DNA of 64,000 nucleotides from an uncultured Gammaproteobacteria bacterium (GTDB lineage Bacteria > Patescibacteriota > Microgenomatia > Levybacterales > UBA12049): contig CAYQEE010000004.1 of the NCBI GenBank assembly GCA_964416445.1, positions 47,868 through 111,867 of the forward strand, read 5' to 3'. Shown here piece after piece: positions 37,425-48,144 of the stretch (the first letter of the stretch is position 1; the number at the start of each line of letters is the position of its first letter). A program made the translations under genes and the position numbers. Under the pieces are notes generated by a model. That model was given only the letters and a program-made list of their open reading frames with translations, searched no databases and was not told the DNA's origin.

Positions 37425-38039
37425 CTACACTGACGAATATTCTTTTCTTCCTTCTAATGCTTGTTCTAAAGTAAAGTCATCAGCATACTCTAAATCCGCT
37501 CCAATGGGTAGACCTCTACCAATACGAGTAACTTTTAGTTGAGAATTTTGAATTTTAAGTTGCTTATTCAGATACATTGCGGTAGCTTCACCCTCCATAG
37601 TAGGATTCGTTGCTATTATTACTTCTTGTATATTGGTATCATTTTTTACTCTTGTTAATAATGGTTGAATATAAATTTCATCCGGCCCTATGTTATTCAA
37701 TGGATCAATTTTCCCATGCAAGACATGGTAAACACCTTTATATTTGCCATTTTTTTCCAATGCTAAAACATCAAGTGGTTGTTCAACCACACAAATCAAT
37801 GATTTGTTTCGTATAGGATCACTACAAATAGTGCAAGGATTTGTCTCCCCAATAGTAAAACATGTTGAACAAATTACAGTTTCTTTTCTAATATTTTGGA
37901 CCGCCAATGCAAATTTATCCAACTCACTTTGAGGAACATGTAATAAGTAAAATGTTAATCGTTGAGCAGACTTCGGACCAACTCCTGGCAATTTTTCAAA
38001 AGATTCAATAACTCGTTGTATCGCTTTTGGTATTTTCAT
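37425..38039 (-). CDS. recR: Recombination protein RecR.
   Basis: HhH (LPGVGPKSAQR), C4 zinc finger (CSTCFT...CTIC) and Toprim. Confidence 0.95.
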   Translation of the reverse strand: MKIPKAIQRVIESFEKLPGVGPKSAQRLTFYLLHVPQSELDKFALAVQNIRKETVICSTCFTIGETNPCTICSDPIRNKSLICVVEQPLDVLALEKNGKYKGVYHVLHGKIDPLNNIGPDEIYIQPLLTRVKNDTNIQEVIIATNPTMEGEATAMYLNKQLKIQNSQLKVTRIGRGLPIGADLEYADDFTLEQALEGRKEYSSV

Positions 38040-38112
38040 AAATTATATGTATAATGAAAAAAGTAATATCCGAATTGTGACTTTTTGAAGTAACCACAAT
38101 AAATTTTGAGTA

Positions 38113-39033
38113 TTATCTTATTTTTATTATTTCATTAGCTATTATATCTCCTATTGATAAAACTTCAAGCTTACCAAACTTTTTATCGTCAGCAATAAGT
38201 ATGGTATCTGTCACATATATTTTATTCACAGAAGCAATATTAAGTATTTGAGGCGTTTCTGATGAAAAGACGGCATGAGTCGCAAACACATAAATTTCCC
38301 GTAAACCAAGAGTTTTCAGAACATTTGCGGCTAGAGCTATAGTTTTCCCAGAAGAAATCATATCATCAACAAGAAAAGCTCTCCTTTTTCCTTGTAAGCT
38401 CCCTTCACGTACTGCATCACCAGCTATTTGCCCAGTATTTAAATCTCTATTTTTCTCAAGTGCAACATATGGCATGTTATCGAGTAATTCAGCTATCATA
38501 CGAATACGTCGAATACCTCCCATATCTGGTGATACTAAAACTGCGTCTTCTGTATTCCAATGATTTAATGTAATAATACTACTAAAGAGTGATAATGCGG
38601 AAAGATGCATAACTGGAATATTGAATAAATCAGGGATTCTACTTGCATGCAAATCTACACTAATAAGTCGATCTATCCCTACTGATTCTAATATTTTGAT
38701 AATTACCTCCAATGAAACTGCTTCTCCATCTCGGAAAATATGGTCTTGCCGTTGATAACCAAAATACGGAACAACAGCAGTTACCGATTTTGCACCTGAT
38801 CTTTTCAGACCATCAACTATAAAAAATAATTCCATATAGTTAATATCTACCGGAGGACTTGCAGGCTGAACAATAAGACAGTCTTCATTTACGACAGAAT
38901 CAACAATTCTGATCCTGCGTTCACCATCCGGAAAAGTAAACATATCAATGGAGCTTAATGAAAGTGACAACTCTTGAGCAATTTTCTCAGCTAAAGGCTT
39001 ATTTGCAGAACCTGAAAAAATTTTCATGAACAT
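38113..39033 (-). CDS. Ribose-phosphate pyrophosphokinase paralog, divergent.
   Basis: Prs fold, but RQDH replaces RQDR and the PRPP loop is VDDMISSGKT. A GGGAG SD lies before the MFMKIF start. Confidence 0.7.
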   Translation of the reverse strand: MFMKIFSGSANKPLAEKIAQELSLSLSSIDMFTFPDGERRIRIVDSVVNEDCLIVQPASPPVDINYMELFFIVDGLKRSGAKSVTAVVPYFGYQRQDHIFRDGEAVSLEVIIKILESVGIDRLISVDLHASRIPDLFNIPVMHLSALSLFSSIITLNHWNTEDAVLVSPDMGGIRRIRMIAELLDNMPYVALEKNRDLNTGQIAGDAVREGSLQGKRRAFLVDDMISSGKTIALAANVLKTLGLREIYVFATHAVFSSETPQILNIASVNKIYVTDTILIADDKKFGKLEVLSIGDIIANEIIKIR

Positions 39034-39076
39034 ATTGTACTCCCGTACAATAATCGAATCAATGAGAATTAAGGTA

Positions 39077-40060
39077 TTACAATATGAGATCTTTTCCAAG
39101 CGATTCTCCAATAGAGATACGCTTGATTGCCTTTGCGAGTAATGGAGCTACTGAAACAATGGTAATCTTAGGATTATTCACAATTTCATCTTGTTGAAAG
39201 ATACTATCTGTGGTAATAATTTCTTCAATCTCAGACGCATTTATTTTTTGAATTGCATGACCGGAAAATATACCATGAGTTACTGCTGCCCGTACACTCT
39301 TTGCTCCCTTATCTTTAAGGTAATTTGCTGCATTCACAATTGTACCAGCTGTATCAATCATATCATCTACAAGGAGTACATTTTTACCCCGGACATTTCC
39401 TATCATTCCTAAGGCTTTTGAACTGTTATTAACCGCTATATCACGTTCTTTATAAACTATTGCAATATCTTGTGCTTGTAATAACCTTGCATACCCTGTT
39501 GCTCGAGGTACTCCACCTTTATCTGGCGATGCTATGACCAAGTCAGTAAGATTCATTTGTTGTAATGCAGGAATTAATGAAAAGCTACCGTATAAATTAT
39601 CCCAAGGAATACGAACAAATCCTTCTTGTTGTTCTGAATGAATATCGAGGGTTAAAATTCTATCTGCACCAGCATGCTCGATCATTTTTGCAACAATGGA
39701 GGCACTTATCGGAACTCGTGCCATTTCTTTTCGATCTTGTCTAGAATAACCAAAATAGGGAATAATTGCAGTAATTTCCTCTGCACTTGCACGTTTTGAA
39801 GCATCAAGTAAAAAAATTAACTCCATCAAATGATCATTTACTGGAGGCGCTGTTGGTTGAATAATAAAAACATGTTTATTTCTTATCGTCGGAATACCTT
39901 TAATTCGTACTTCTCCATCTGAGAAGATACTAATTGGTTCACAAAGTTCTTTTTGTAAAAGAGTAGCAATTTGTTGAGCTAATTGAGGATTCGAGCGTCC
40001 AGCTAGAAGAACAAAACTATTTTCTTCCTTTGAGGGTGTACTCGTCTTAACAGTTTGCAT
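39077..40060 (-). CDS. prs: Ribose-phosphate pyrophosphokinase, canonical.
   Basis: YFGYSRQDRK, DLHS and VDDMIDTAGT motifs. Confidence 0.9.
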   Translation of the reverse strand: MQTVKTSTPSKEENSFVLLAGRSNPQLAQQIATLLQKELCEPISIFSDGEVRIKGIPTIRNKHVFIIQPTAPPVNDHLMELIFLLDASKRASAEEITAIIPYFGYSRQDRKEMARVPISASIVAKMIEHAGADRILTLDIHSEQQEGFVRIPWDNLYGSFSLIPALQQMNLTDLVIASPDKGGVPRATGYARLLQAQDIAIVYKERDIAVNNSSKALGMIGNVRGKNVLLVDDMIDTAGTIVNAANYLKDKGAKSVRAAVTHGIFSGHAIQKINASEIEEIITTDSIFQQDEIVNNPKITIVSVAPLLAKAIKRISIGESLGKDLIL

Positions 40061-40179
40061 GTTCTAAGGATAATTGTATCAGGAAATTATTTACGAATCA
40101 AGAAGACCACCCAATACAAGGATATTATATGAATAATATCCTCACCCATAAATTTAGGAGACTTTTGAGAGCAAATAAT

Positions 40180-40467
40180 TTATTTTCCTCCTAAAAGACT
40201 CCCAAGTCCTCCAATCCCTCCCATTTGTTGAAGTTTTTTGGCAGCAACTTCTTGAGATTTTTTAATTGCTTCATTGATAGCATCTTTTACATCGTTGTCA
40301 TTTTTACCATTTACTTTAATTGATATAACTTTTTGATCTCCACTAATGACTACTTGTACCCCATGCTTATCAATTGTTATATGTTCACTTTGCAATGCTT
40401 TTTGAATTGCCATTGCTTGATCTCGCATCTTTTTAATATCACCTAGTCCCTGAAATGGATTAAACAT
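40180..40467 (-). CDS. ybaB: YbaB/EbfC nucleoid-associated protein.
   Basis: Fold of about 95 aa with a Gly-rich tail. It sits in the conserved dnaX-ybaB-recR arrangement. Confidence 0.9.
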   Translation of the reverse strand: MFNPFQGLGDIKKMRDQAMAIQKALQSEHITIDKHGVQVVISGDQKVISIKVNGKNDNDVKDAINEAIKKSQEVAAKKLQQMGGIGGLGSLLGGK

Positions 40468-40482
40468 TTATCATCACCTCCT

Positions 40483-41958
40483 TTACTGTTTTATGATTAC
40501 CGATACTTTTAATGGTTTACCTGTTACTTCACGAATTGCTTTCTCTATTATCTCACAAGTTTTCTGTTCTTCCAATCGTTCTTTATGAAATTTATAAGAA
40601 GTCTCAAATATAATTGTACTCTCGCTTACTTCCTTAATTTTGCTACCTCGTAATACTCCTGCTATTGAATGATTGAGTGGTTTCACTTTATATATAATAT
40701 TTTCAAATAATGTTGTTAAATCATTTACATGCTTTGAAATATCCCCCTGTTCAGCAACGAGATTATTGGTATTAACTACTTTATCTTTCGCTTTATCTCC
40801 TTCTAACATAGTTTTAATTTTTAACGTTTGCTGCTTTTTTAATAGTGAATTAATAGTTGTTTTTTGCGACGTACTTACCACAGAGTTTGGTTTATCAACA
40901 CTTGTAACTTCCTCTTCGTTACACCAAACGATCACCGCCAATTCTGTTGGTAACTGAGGTATTACTGCATATTTTGTTTGCGTATATGCTTCTGAGAATA
41001 GTGATACTAACTTGCTAATATCATGAATACTAAATGATTGACCAAACTTTGAAGTTATTTCTGAAGTTATGCCAGCTTTACTCAGAAGTAGTATATGAAA
41101 ATTCTTGAGAAGATTTTCTAGAAAGTAAGTGATATTTACTCCTTCTTCAACTATTTTTTTAATAAGTAACAATGATTTTTTTGAATCTCTCTGCGATAAT
41201 AACATGAGAAGTTCTGATGAATACTGCGTAATATTAACCATATGAAACTTTTCTTCAACAAGTTCTTTGGTGATTGGATTTCCACTGGATAACGCAACAA
41301 CTTCTTCCAATATCTTTGCTGCATCACGAAATCCTCCTTCCGCCATTTTTGCAATACTTTCTAAAGCTGCATCATTGATATTCAACTTCTCTGCTCGTAC
41401 AATTCGTTGTAACGAATGAATTATTTCGGCTTCGGATGCCAGCTGAAAATTTATACGGAAACACCGAGAAAGAATCGTAGCAGGCACTTTCTGTGGTTCA
41501 GTGGTACAAAAGATAAAGATAACATGAGAAGGTGGTTCTTCAATTGTTTTAAGAAGCGCATTAAATGCTTCAGTTGTTAACATATGCACTTCATCAATAA
41601 TATAAACTTTCTTTTTCGCTTTTGATGGTGCAAGATTAACTCTTTCTCTCAATTCTCGTATTTCATCAATTCCCCTATTAGAAGCACCATCTATTTCTAA
41701 TACGTCGATATTGCTGCCATTTGTTATTGAGAGACATTGTTCACAAGTATTATCTGGTTCTCCATTTGTAACATTCTCACAGTTGATTACTTTAGAAACT
41801 ATTCTCGCAGTCGAAGTTTTTCCTAACCCCTTTGGTCCAGTAAAAAGAAATGCGTGGGGAACTCTATTTCCTGATAAAACGGCATGAAGACTTTCCCGAA
41901 GCTGAGCGCTATCTAAATCACCAATTTTCTGAGGTCGATAAGTTCGATAATAAACCAT
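40483..41958 (-). CDS. dnaX: DNA polymerase III subunit gamma/tau.
   Basis: Walker A (GPKGLGKTS), the clamp-loader Zn module and SRC motifs. Confidence 0.9.
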   Translation of the reverse strand: MVYYRTYRPQKIGDLDSAQLRESLHAVLSGNRVPHAFLFTGPKGLGKTSTARIVSKVINCENVTNGEPDNTCEQCLSITNGSNIDVLEIDGASNRGIDEIRELRERVNLAPSKAKKKVYIIDEVHMLTTEAFNALLKTIEEPPSHVIFIFCTTEPQKVPATILSRCFRINFQLASEAEIIHSLQRIVRAEKLNINDAALESIAKMAEGGFRDAAKILEEVVALSSGNPITKELVEEKFHMVNITQYSSELLMLLSQRDSKKSLLLIKKIVEEGVNITYFLENLLKNFHILLLSKAGITSEITSKFGQSFSIHDISKLVSLFSEAYTQTKYAVIPQLPTELAVIVWCNEEEVTSVDKPNSVVSTSQKTTINSLLKKQQTLKIKTMLEGDKAKDKVVNTNNLVAEQGDISKHVNDLTTLFENIIYKVKPLNHSIAGVLRGSKIKEVSESTIIFETSYKFHKERLEEQKTCEIIEKAIREVTGKPLKVSVIIKQ

Positions 41959-42049
41959 AGGAATATATTTTACTGTAATCCTCTTGGTAATAAAATAGTC
42001 ATTCCTTCAGAATGTGGCGAAAGTATTACTAAAAAATTGAGATCACAGT

Positions 42050-42451
42050 CTATTCATGATGTAAACCGAGAAGATGAAGTAAACCGTGTTCAACTAATTC
42101 ATCTATTCTATCATCAACTAACATTTCCATCTTTATGGACTCTTTAATTACAATAGGATATGAAATAACGATATCACCTAAACGCAATTTATCTGTAGGA
42201 AGTACTGTTGGTTCTCCTTCATGCAGAGAAAAGGACAAAATATTTCTTGTTTTATCCTCCCCTTTATATTTCTTACTTAACTCTCGCATTTTTCGATCAC
42301 CGACAAATGCAAGCGATACTTCAACAGCACTTTTCACCGATTGCTTATCTAAAGTTTCTATAATCGTCTTTCTAATACGACGTCTATTAACTTTATATCG
42401 GCTTTCTACATAGAGCAGGATGGTTACATTATTTTTTGTTGTATCTCCCAT
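42050..42451 (-). CDS. ybeY: rRNA maturation endoribonuclease YbeY.
   Basis: HGLLHLLGLHHE metal-binding motif. Confidence 0.85.
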   Translation of the reverse strand: MGDTTKNNVTILLYVESRYKVNRRRIRKTIIETLDKQSVKSAVEVSLAFVGDRKMRELSKKYKGEDKTRNILSFSLHEGEPTVLPTDKLRLGDIVISYPIVIKESIKMEMLVDDRIDELVEHGLLHLLGLHHE

Positions 42452-42454
42452 ACA

Positions 42455-42643
42455 TTACCATCTTGCTGCAGCTGCTCTTGCTTGCTGTTTGTCTTTTTTC
42501 TTTTGTTTTCTTGCCTGAGAAGGTTTTAAATGAAATTTACGACGTTTTGCTTCAAAAACAACCCCATCAGCTAAGACTTTCCGCATGAATTTTCTAATTA
42601 CCGTATCATCACTATCTCCCGGCATTCGTTTAACTTTAACCAT
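42455..42643 (-). CDS. rpsU: 30S ribosomal protein S21.
   Basis: MVKVKR...IRKFMRK... basic tail. A GGGGGTG SD is upstream. Confidence 0.9.
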   Translation of the reverse strand: MVKVKRMPGDSDDTVIRKFMRKVLADGVVFEAKRRKFHLKPSQARKQKKKDKQQARAAAARW

Positions 42644-42755
42644 AATTTTAAAACACCCCCCTTCAAAATTAAGAATTTATCAAGTCTTCTCTTTATTATA
42701 TCACAGAAAAGAATTAAGAAGAAAGCAATCTTTTCTTATAAATTAGGCATAATAA

Positions 42756-43085
42756 CTACATGGCAGCTGCTTTACCTAATGGTCCAATGAGATGAAAATG
42801 GAGATGATTTACTATCTGAGCTCCTCCTCCATTTACCGATATTCTGTATCCCCTCTTTTCTAATTTATTCTCTTTAATTAATGTTTGAATAGTTGTTCTA
42901 ACTGCCTTGAACATCTGATCATCATCAAACTGGAGGAAATCCTCTATATGCTTCTTAGGAACTACTAAAATATGAACTTTCTTTACTGGATTTATATCAG
43001 GAAATGCCATCACAGCATCATCTTCATAAAGTATTTTTGCGGGAATTTTCTTATCGCGAATTTTACAAAATATACAGTCGTTCAT
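42756..43085 (-). CDS. HIT-family (Hint-like) nucleotide hydrolase.
   Basis: HLHFHLIG histidine-triad motif. Confidence 0.85.
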   Translation of the reverse strand: MNDCIFCKIRDKKIPAKILYEDDAVMAFPDINPVKKVHILVVPKKHIEDFLQFDDDQMFKAVRTTIQTLIKENKLEKRGYRISVNGGGAQIVNHLHFHLIGPLGKAAAM

Positions 43086-44005
43086 ATTGTTTTTAATACA
43101 TCAACAATTGCTTGCAAGCTAAGCGATGTAGGAATCATTTTAGGATTTTTTGTTGTACCATTCAAAAGCATCTTTTTTGAAACATGCAAAAACCAGGTTG
43201 CTTTTGGATCTAGTTCTTTCAGCTTCTCGTAAACAGTTGTTAAATCAATAGAGATCTGTTTTTCCGCCTTTTCTTTACTATTTACTGGCCGTACTTTAAT
43301 TCGTACATAACCTTTTCGTGGATCTTTTCGAACTACAATTATATAGCCCATTTTCTGAGAAAGCTTTATCACGGTATCATTCAATGTTTCAAAAGCTAAG
43401 CCCATTCCAAATCGAGTTTGAAAGACTATACCTTTTTCTTGAATTTCTTTCTCAGCCCAAATTCTATTTTCGAAATTATGCAAAAATGCATCAAGACATT
43501 CCATACAAAATCCAACATAATAGTTATCTTGATTTGGTTTAAATATTTTCAAACCCTCCAATAATCCTAGAAATGATAATTCATGATAGTCTGCTGTTGG
43601 ATTATCCCAAAAAACTTCTTGAAAGTGATCAATAGAGACAACGACATTTACTAACCTTTGAAGAGCTTCTTTCTTCACTTCCCATCTATCTCCACCTGTA
43701 GTAAAATAAACGTTCTGTTTTTTTACGTAATCCCACACTAAACTCGCTGCACTTACTTTCATATCAGAAGTTTGATGATGATCAAGAGGCCCTAATCCAG
43801 TATCGACATGAATTACTTCTTCTTCACCAATCTCTTCAATAGGACCGCTTTTATCAGAATTATAAAATTCGACATTCCGATATCTTTGCCCTGCAGGTAC
43901 AAAACGTACTTCAGCACTTTCCCAACCAGGTAAAAACCGTTTTAATAACCATACTGAGGTAATGGCATCCCAATCGGGAGAAGCATGAGTAACAATAATT
44001 TTCAT
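43082..44005 (-). CDS. DHH-family phosphoesterase (NrnA-like).
   Basis: N-terminal DHH motif I (IVTHASPDWDAITS). It overlaps the HIT gene by 4 nt. Confidence 0.6.
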   Translation of the reverse strand: MKIIVTHASPDWDAITSVWLLKRFLPGWESAEVRFVPAGQRYRNVEFYNSDKSGPIEEIGEEEVIHVDTGLGPLDHHQTSDMKVSAASLVWDYVKKQNVYFTTGGDRWEVKKEALQRLVNVVVSIDHFQEVFWDNPTADYHELSFLGLLEGLKIFKPNQDNYYVGFCMECLDAFLHNFENRIWAEKEIQEKGIVFQTRFGMGLAFETLNDTVIKLSQKMGYIIVVRKDPRKGYVRIKVRPVNSKEKAEKQISIDLTTVYEKLKELDPKATWFLHVSKKMLLNGTTKNPKMIPTSLSLQAIVDVLKTI

Positions 44006-44097
44006 GATTTTTTTTCTTATAATACCGAAAAGTAATTATACATTTCGCGTTCCCGCTTGACAATATGATAAAAATCTAAGACCATAAATATAATACC

Positions 44098-44520
44098 ATG
44101 GATTCAAAAAATCAGCTGTCACAACTTGATCCTAAAATTAAAGAAGCATACGACCGGGTTATGAATACAACAGTACATCATAATCCGACTGCCCCAGATA
44201 ATACAAACGCAACGGTACCTAATGAACACAATCCTACAACCCCTCCTAGTACTCCTCCTATTGCAAAATTATCACCAACACCCGTACAGCCAGCTGCAGC
44301 ATCATTGACACCAACTCCTCAACCAGTTGTTACCAATAACTCATTACGAAGAGAACCTGAGAAAATTCATATTGGAGGAGTACCCCATGGAGGTACTATG
44401 CAAAAGAAAAAATCAGCGGTTTCACCTATTGTCTATATTATTTGTGGATTGATATTTTTAGTAATCTATATAATTTTCTGGTTAAAATTTTTTAACGTTC
44501 CTGTTCCTTTTTTACCATAG
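44098..44520 (+). CDS. Pro-rich hypothetical protein with a C-terminal transmembrane helix.
   Basis: 140 aa ORF, low-complexity (PTTPPSTPPIAKLSPTPVQP). Confidence 0.45.
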   Translation: MDSKNQLSQLDPKIKEAYDRVMNTTVHHNPTAPDNTNATVPNEHNPTTPPSTPPIAKLSPTPVQPAAASLTPTPQPVVTNNSLRREPEKIHIGGVPHGGTMQKKKSAVSPIVYIICGLIFLVIYIIFWLKFFNVPVPFLP

Positions 44521-44532
44521 TACGAGTTTCAT

Positions 44533-46239
44533 TTACTTTGTTACAACTTTAAGAAGTTCATCAATGGTATACAAATGCACTGATTGTTCTTTGCGCCTTT
44601 TGAATTCCACTTTTTCTCCAGTTTTAGCACTGACAACAAGGCGTATGGGTATTCCTAACAAATCTGCATCAGCAAATTTTTCTCCAGGATTTACTTCTCT
44701 ATCATCATAAAATACTTGTATACCTTTCTCTTGTAAATAACTATAGAGTTGTTGTGCCTTTTCGTTTTGTCGAATTGAAATTAAATGAACCTGGAAAGGT
44801 GAAATATTTTCCGGCCAGACTAGTCCCTTCTCATCAGCAAACTTTTCAACGATTACTCCCATAACTCGTGATGGTCCTATACCATAACAACCCATATATA
44901 TTGGCTGTGATTGTCCTTTTTCATCAGTAAAGGTAAAATTAAATGCTTTAGTAAACTTTGTATGTAAAGGAAAAATATTCCCTACTTCTGCAGCTTTATA
45001 AACTTCGTAAACTTCACCAGTTGCAGGATAGATATCCCCCTCTTTCGCAACTTTGAAGTCATAATATTCTTTTGGTTCAGCAAGATCTCGTCCAAAATTC
45101 ACATTAATTGAATGATAATGCGTCTTATTTGCACCCATTTCAAAATTTTTTCTTCCTTTCATTGATTCATCCATATAAATTTTAACTTCCTGCGGAAGAT
45201 TCAGTAATCCTGCATATCCCACTTCCGCGTTAGTAACTCGCTTAACAGTTTCTGCACTAGCCAATGTTAGTTTTTCAGAATGGGTTATCTTTAAGAGCTT
45301 TTCTTCATTAATATCATATCCTCCACGAACGCCAGCTGCGATTAATTCCCCCTTCTCATTTTCAAAAAGAATAGTTTTTGTTGTTTTCTCAACAGGTATT
45401 TTTAAATAACGAGCTAATTCATCTACTCCAATAATCCCTTTCCCTTCTACTTCTTGTAATTCTTTCATGTCTTCAGCACTGTCATCAATAGGTGGAGCTT
45501 TACTTGGCGCAATCTCACGATTAAAAGTGATATTCTTGCTTTTTGCATGAAAGATAATATCCTCCCCTGCGTCGCAAACTGTTTGAAATTCATGCGAAAA
45601 ATCTTTAGTAAAATCACCACCTGACGCTAACGTTAAGAATGTGGTATGTTGGCCAATTCCTAACCTTTCAAAAACTTTCCAATACGCTTCTTTCGTTTTT
45701 TCATAATAAGCCTTTAGGTCTTCACTACTGGTATGAAAACTGTATAAATCTTTCATTCTAAATTCACGACATCGCATTAACCCTGATTTGGCTCGAGGTT
45801 CATTGCGAAACTTTGTTTGAATTTGATATACACCAATGGGAAAATCTTTATAACTTCGAATATATTCCTTTACTAACGGAGTAACTATTTCTTCGTGGGT
45901 TGGACTTACAATGTATTCAGTATCATTTTTTGCTTTCGCAAAAGCATTTGCAGGTATAGTTTTCATAAGTACATTATTTGTATTTCCTCTACCTGTTTTT
46001 TCCCAACTTTCCACAGGAGCGAGTGTTGGCATAAAAATTTCCATACCAATTTTATTCATTTCTTCACGAATAATATTCTCAATTTTATTTAACACACGTA
46101 ATCCAAGAGGTAAAAATGTATACACTCCGGCAATTTCTTGATGAATATATCCAGCCTGAATGAGCAATCGTGCATTCTTTGATTGTAGTTCAGAACTAAA
46201 TGTTTTACTTGTCTTAAAAGGCAATTGTGAATATCTCAT
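44533..46239 (-). CDS. proS: Prolyl-tRNA synthetase, bacterial type.
   Basis: Class-II motifs and a bacterial ProRS N-terminus (MRYSQL...AGYIHQ..AGVYTFLPLG). Confidence 0.95.
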   Translation of the reverse strand: MRYSQLPFKTSKTFSSELQSKNARLLIQAGYIHQEIAGVYTFLPLGLRVLNKIENIIREEMNKIGMEIFMPTLAPVESWEKTGRGNTNNVLMKTIPANAFAKAKNDTEYIVSPTHEEIVTPLVKEYIRSYKDFPIGVYQIQTKFRNEPRAKSGLMRCREFRMKDLYSFHTSSEDLKAYYEKTKEAYWKVFERLGIGQHTTFLTLASGGDFTKDFSHEFQTVCDAGEDIIFHAKSKNITFNREIAPSKAPPIDDSAEDMKELQEVEGKGIIGVDELARYLKIPVEKTTKTILFENEKGELIAAGVRGGYDINEEKLLKITHSEKLTLASAETVKRVTNAEVGYAGLLNLPQEVKIYMDESMKGRKNFEMGANKTHYHSINVNFGRDLAEPKEYYDFKVAKEGDIYPATGEVYEVYKAAEVGNIFPLHTKFTKAFNFTFTDEKGQSQPIYMGCYGIGPSRVMGVIVEKFADEKGLVWPENISPFQVHLISIRQNEKAQQLYSYLQEKGIQVFYDDREVNPGEKFADADLLGIPIRLVVSAKTGEKVEFKRRKEQSVHLYTIDELLKVVTK

Positions 46240-46292
46240 AAAAACTCACCATAGTATAGCAAGTTTTTTACATAAATGAGAGATGTAGTTTA

Positions 46293-46667
46293 TTATCTCT
46301 TATGGGTATTCAGTGGTTCACCAATTCGTCGCGGACGAATTGCATTTGATGATTGAGATGATGTTTGTATCATATCTGAAGAAGCATGCTTATGAAGAAA
46401 CTTCCCGACAAAACTTACTACTTGGAAAAATTTCATCCCGAAAAAACTTGGTGAACTTGCATGAGTAACTTTCATGTCATCCGGCCAATTCGCTTTCGTA
46501 ACAGTCACTTTCCCTACTTCAACAAGGCTCACTGGATTTTCTGATTGCGAATGACTACCTTGTCCACCGGATAAAGTAGCTTGATCACTATTTGCAACTT
46601 TCCATTGTGGGACATCATCGGTGATATTAAATTTTGGATCATATCGCGGACTTTCTGGACCTGGCAT
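46293..46667 (-). CDS. Hypothetical protein.
   Basis: 124 aa ORF with no recognised family. Confidence 0.4.
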   Translation of the reverse strand: MPGPESPRYDPKFNITDDVPQWKVANSDQATLSGGQGSHSQSENPVSLVEVGKVTVTKANWPDDMKVTHASSPSFFGMKFFQVVSFVGKFLHKHASSDMIQTSSQSSNAIRPRRIGEPLNTHKR

Positions 46668-46707
46668 ATATTTATCTTATTAAAGATTTTCTATAACTGC
46701 AAGTTAC

Positions 46708-48135
46708 CTAATAAGTAATAACTAATAATTTCGGTTCAGTCATTTCTTCCATAGCATATCGGACACCTTCTCGTCCAAAACCTGAGTCTTTAACTCCCCC
46801 ATAAGGCATATGATCAATACGATACGTTGGAACATCATTAATTATTAGACCACCTAGGTCTAACTCTTTATAAGCCTTATGAATAAGAAATATATTTTGC
46901 GTAAAGATTCCTGCTTGCAAACCGAAAGTTGAATTATTGACTTCATCTAACACTGAGTCAAAATTCTCATAAGGAATTACTGTTATTAATGGACCAAATA
47001 TTTCCATGCAATTCACTTTCATTTTTCCTGTTGTGTTTGATAATATTGTAGGCCGAATAACATTTCCTTCTCTTGTACCCCCTGAGATAACTAAAGCACC
47101 ACCTTCTTTTGCCTCCTCAATCCAATCCATTATGCGATCAGCCTCTTTTGAATTAATCAGGGAAGCTACCTGTGTTTGTGGATTTCGTGGATCACCGACA
47201 ACTAATGCTTCAACTTTTTCCTTCAATAATGATAAAAATCGATCATAAACTGATCTGTGAATAAAAACTCTTTGAGCCGAGATACAAGATTGGCCAGCAT
47301 TTGAAAATCCTCCAGTTGCAATAGCACTTGCTGCTTTCTCTAAATTTGGCGCGTCTTCATGAACCACAACTGCTGCATTTCCACCTAATTCAAGTGCGAC
47401 CTTCTTACCAGCTGCCTTTTCTTTAATACTCCATCCAACTTTTACCGAGCCGGTAAAACTAACCATTTTAACCCGCTTATCTGTTACGAGTATATCAGCT
47501 GCATCATAATCAGATGGCATGACATTTAACCCTCCGGGTGGCAGACCTGAGACTTCATATGCCTTGGCTATATGCAATGCGCTAAATGGAGTTTGTGTTG
47601 CTGGACGTACAACTACGGTATTTTTACTTGCAAGAGCTGGAATAACTTTATGCATAACAAGGTTTAGAGGAAAATTAAATGGAGAAATTGCTGCTATAAC
47701 CCCCAGTGGAAACCGTTCAACTTGAGCAGTTCTGTTTTCTCCCCAAGGTCTTCGATCAAGAGGAAATGTCTGTCCATAGAATCGTTTACATTCCTCTACA
47801 CCATCTTCAATCGTGTGTAAGGCTCTCTGAACTTCTGCTTTAGCTATCGTGATAGGTTTTCCTGCTTCATTGGAAAGATCATTCGCAACTTCTTCTAAAT
47901 TATCTTCAAAATATTTTTTTATTTTTCCCAATCCATCCGCAATTTTATAAGTAGGCAAGTTTTTTATCTGGTAAAATGCGTTATCTGCTGCTTCGATTGC
48001 TTGTTTCATCAACTCTGCATTGGCAATACCAACAGTTCCGACAATAGCCTCATCATAAGGACTCTTAATTTCCTGCGAGGCCGGAGGTGTTATCCACTGA
48101 TTATTGATAAATACTCTGGTAAATTCTGACTTCAT
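46708..48135 (-). CDS. Aldehyde dehydrogenase family protein (GapN / lactaldehyde-DH-like).
   Basis: ALDH motifs ELGGNAAVVV and FTGSVKVG, with a catalytic Cys (GQSCISAQ). Confidence 0.85.
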   Translation of the reverse strand: MKSEFTRVFINNQWITPPASQEIKSPYDEAIVGTVGIANAELMKQAIEAADNAFYQIKNLPTYKIADGLGKIKKYFEDNLEEVANDLSNEAGKPITIAKAEVQRALHTIEDGVEECKRFYGQTFPLDRRPWGENRTAQVERFPLGVIAAISPFNFPLNLVMHKVIPALASKNTVVVRPATQTPFSALHIAKAYEVSGLPPGGLNVMPSDYDAADILVTDKRVKMVSFTGSVKVGWSIKEKAAGKKVALELGGNAAVVVHEDAPNLEKAASAIATGGFSNAGQSCISAQRVFIHRSVYDRFLSLLKEKVEALVVGDPRNPQTQVASLINSKEADRIMDWIEEAKEGGALVISGGTREGNVIRPTILSNTTGKMKVNCMEIFGPLITVIPYENFDSVLDEVNNSTFGLQAGIFTQNIFLIHKAYKELDLGGLIINDVPTYRIDHMPYGGVKDSGFGREGVRYAMEEMTEPKLLVITY

Positions 48136-48144
48136 ATATTCTCC

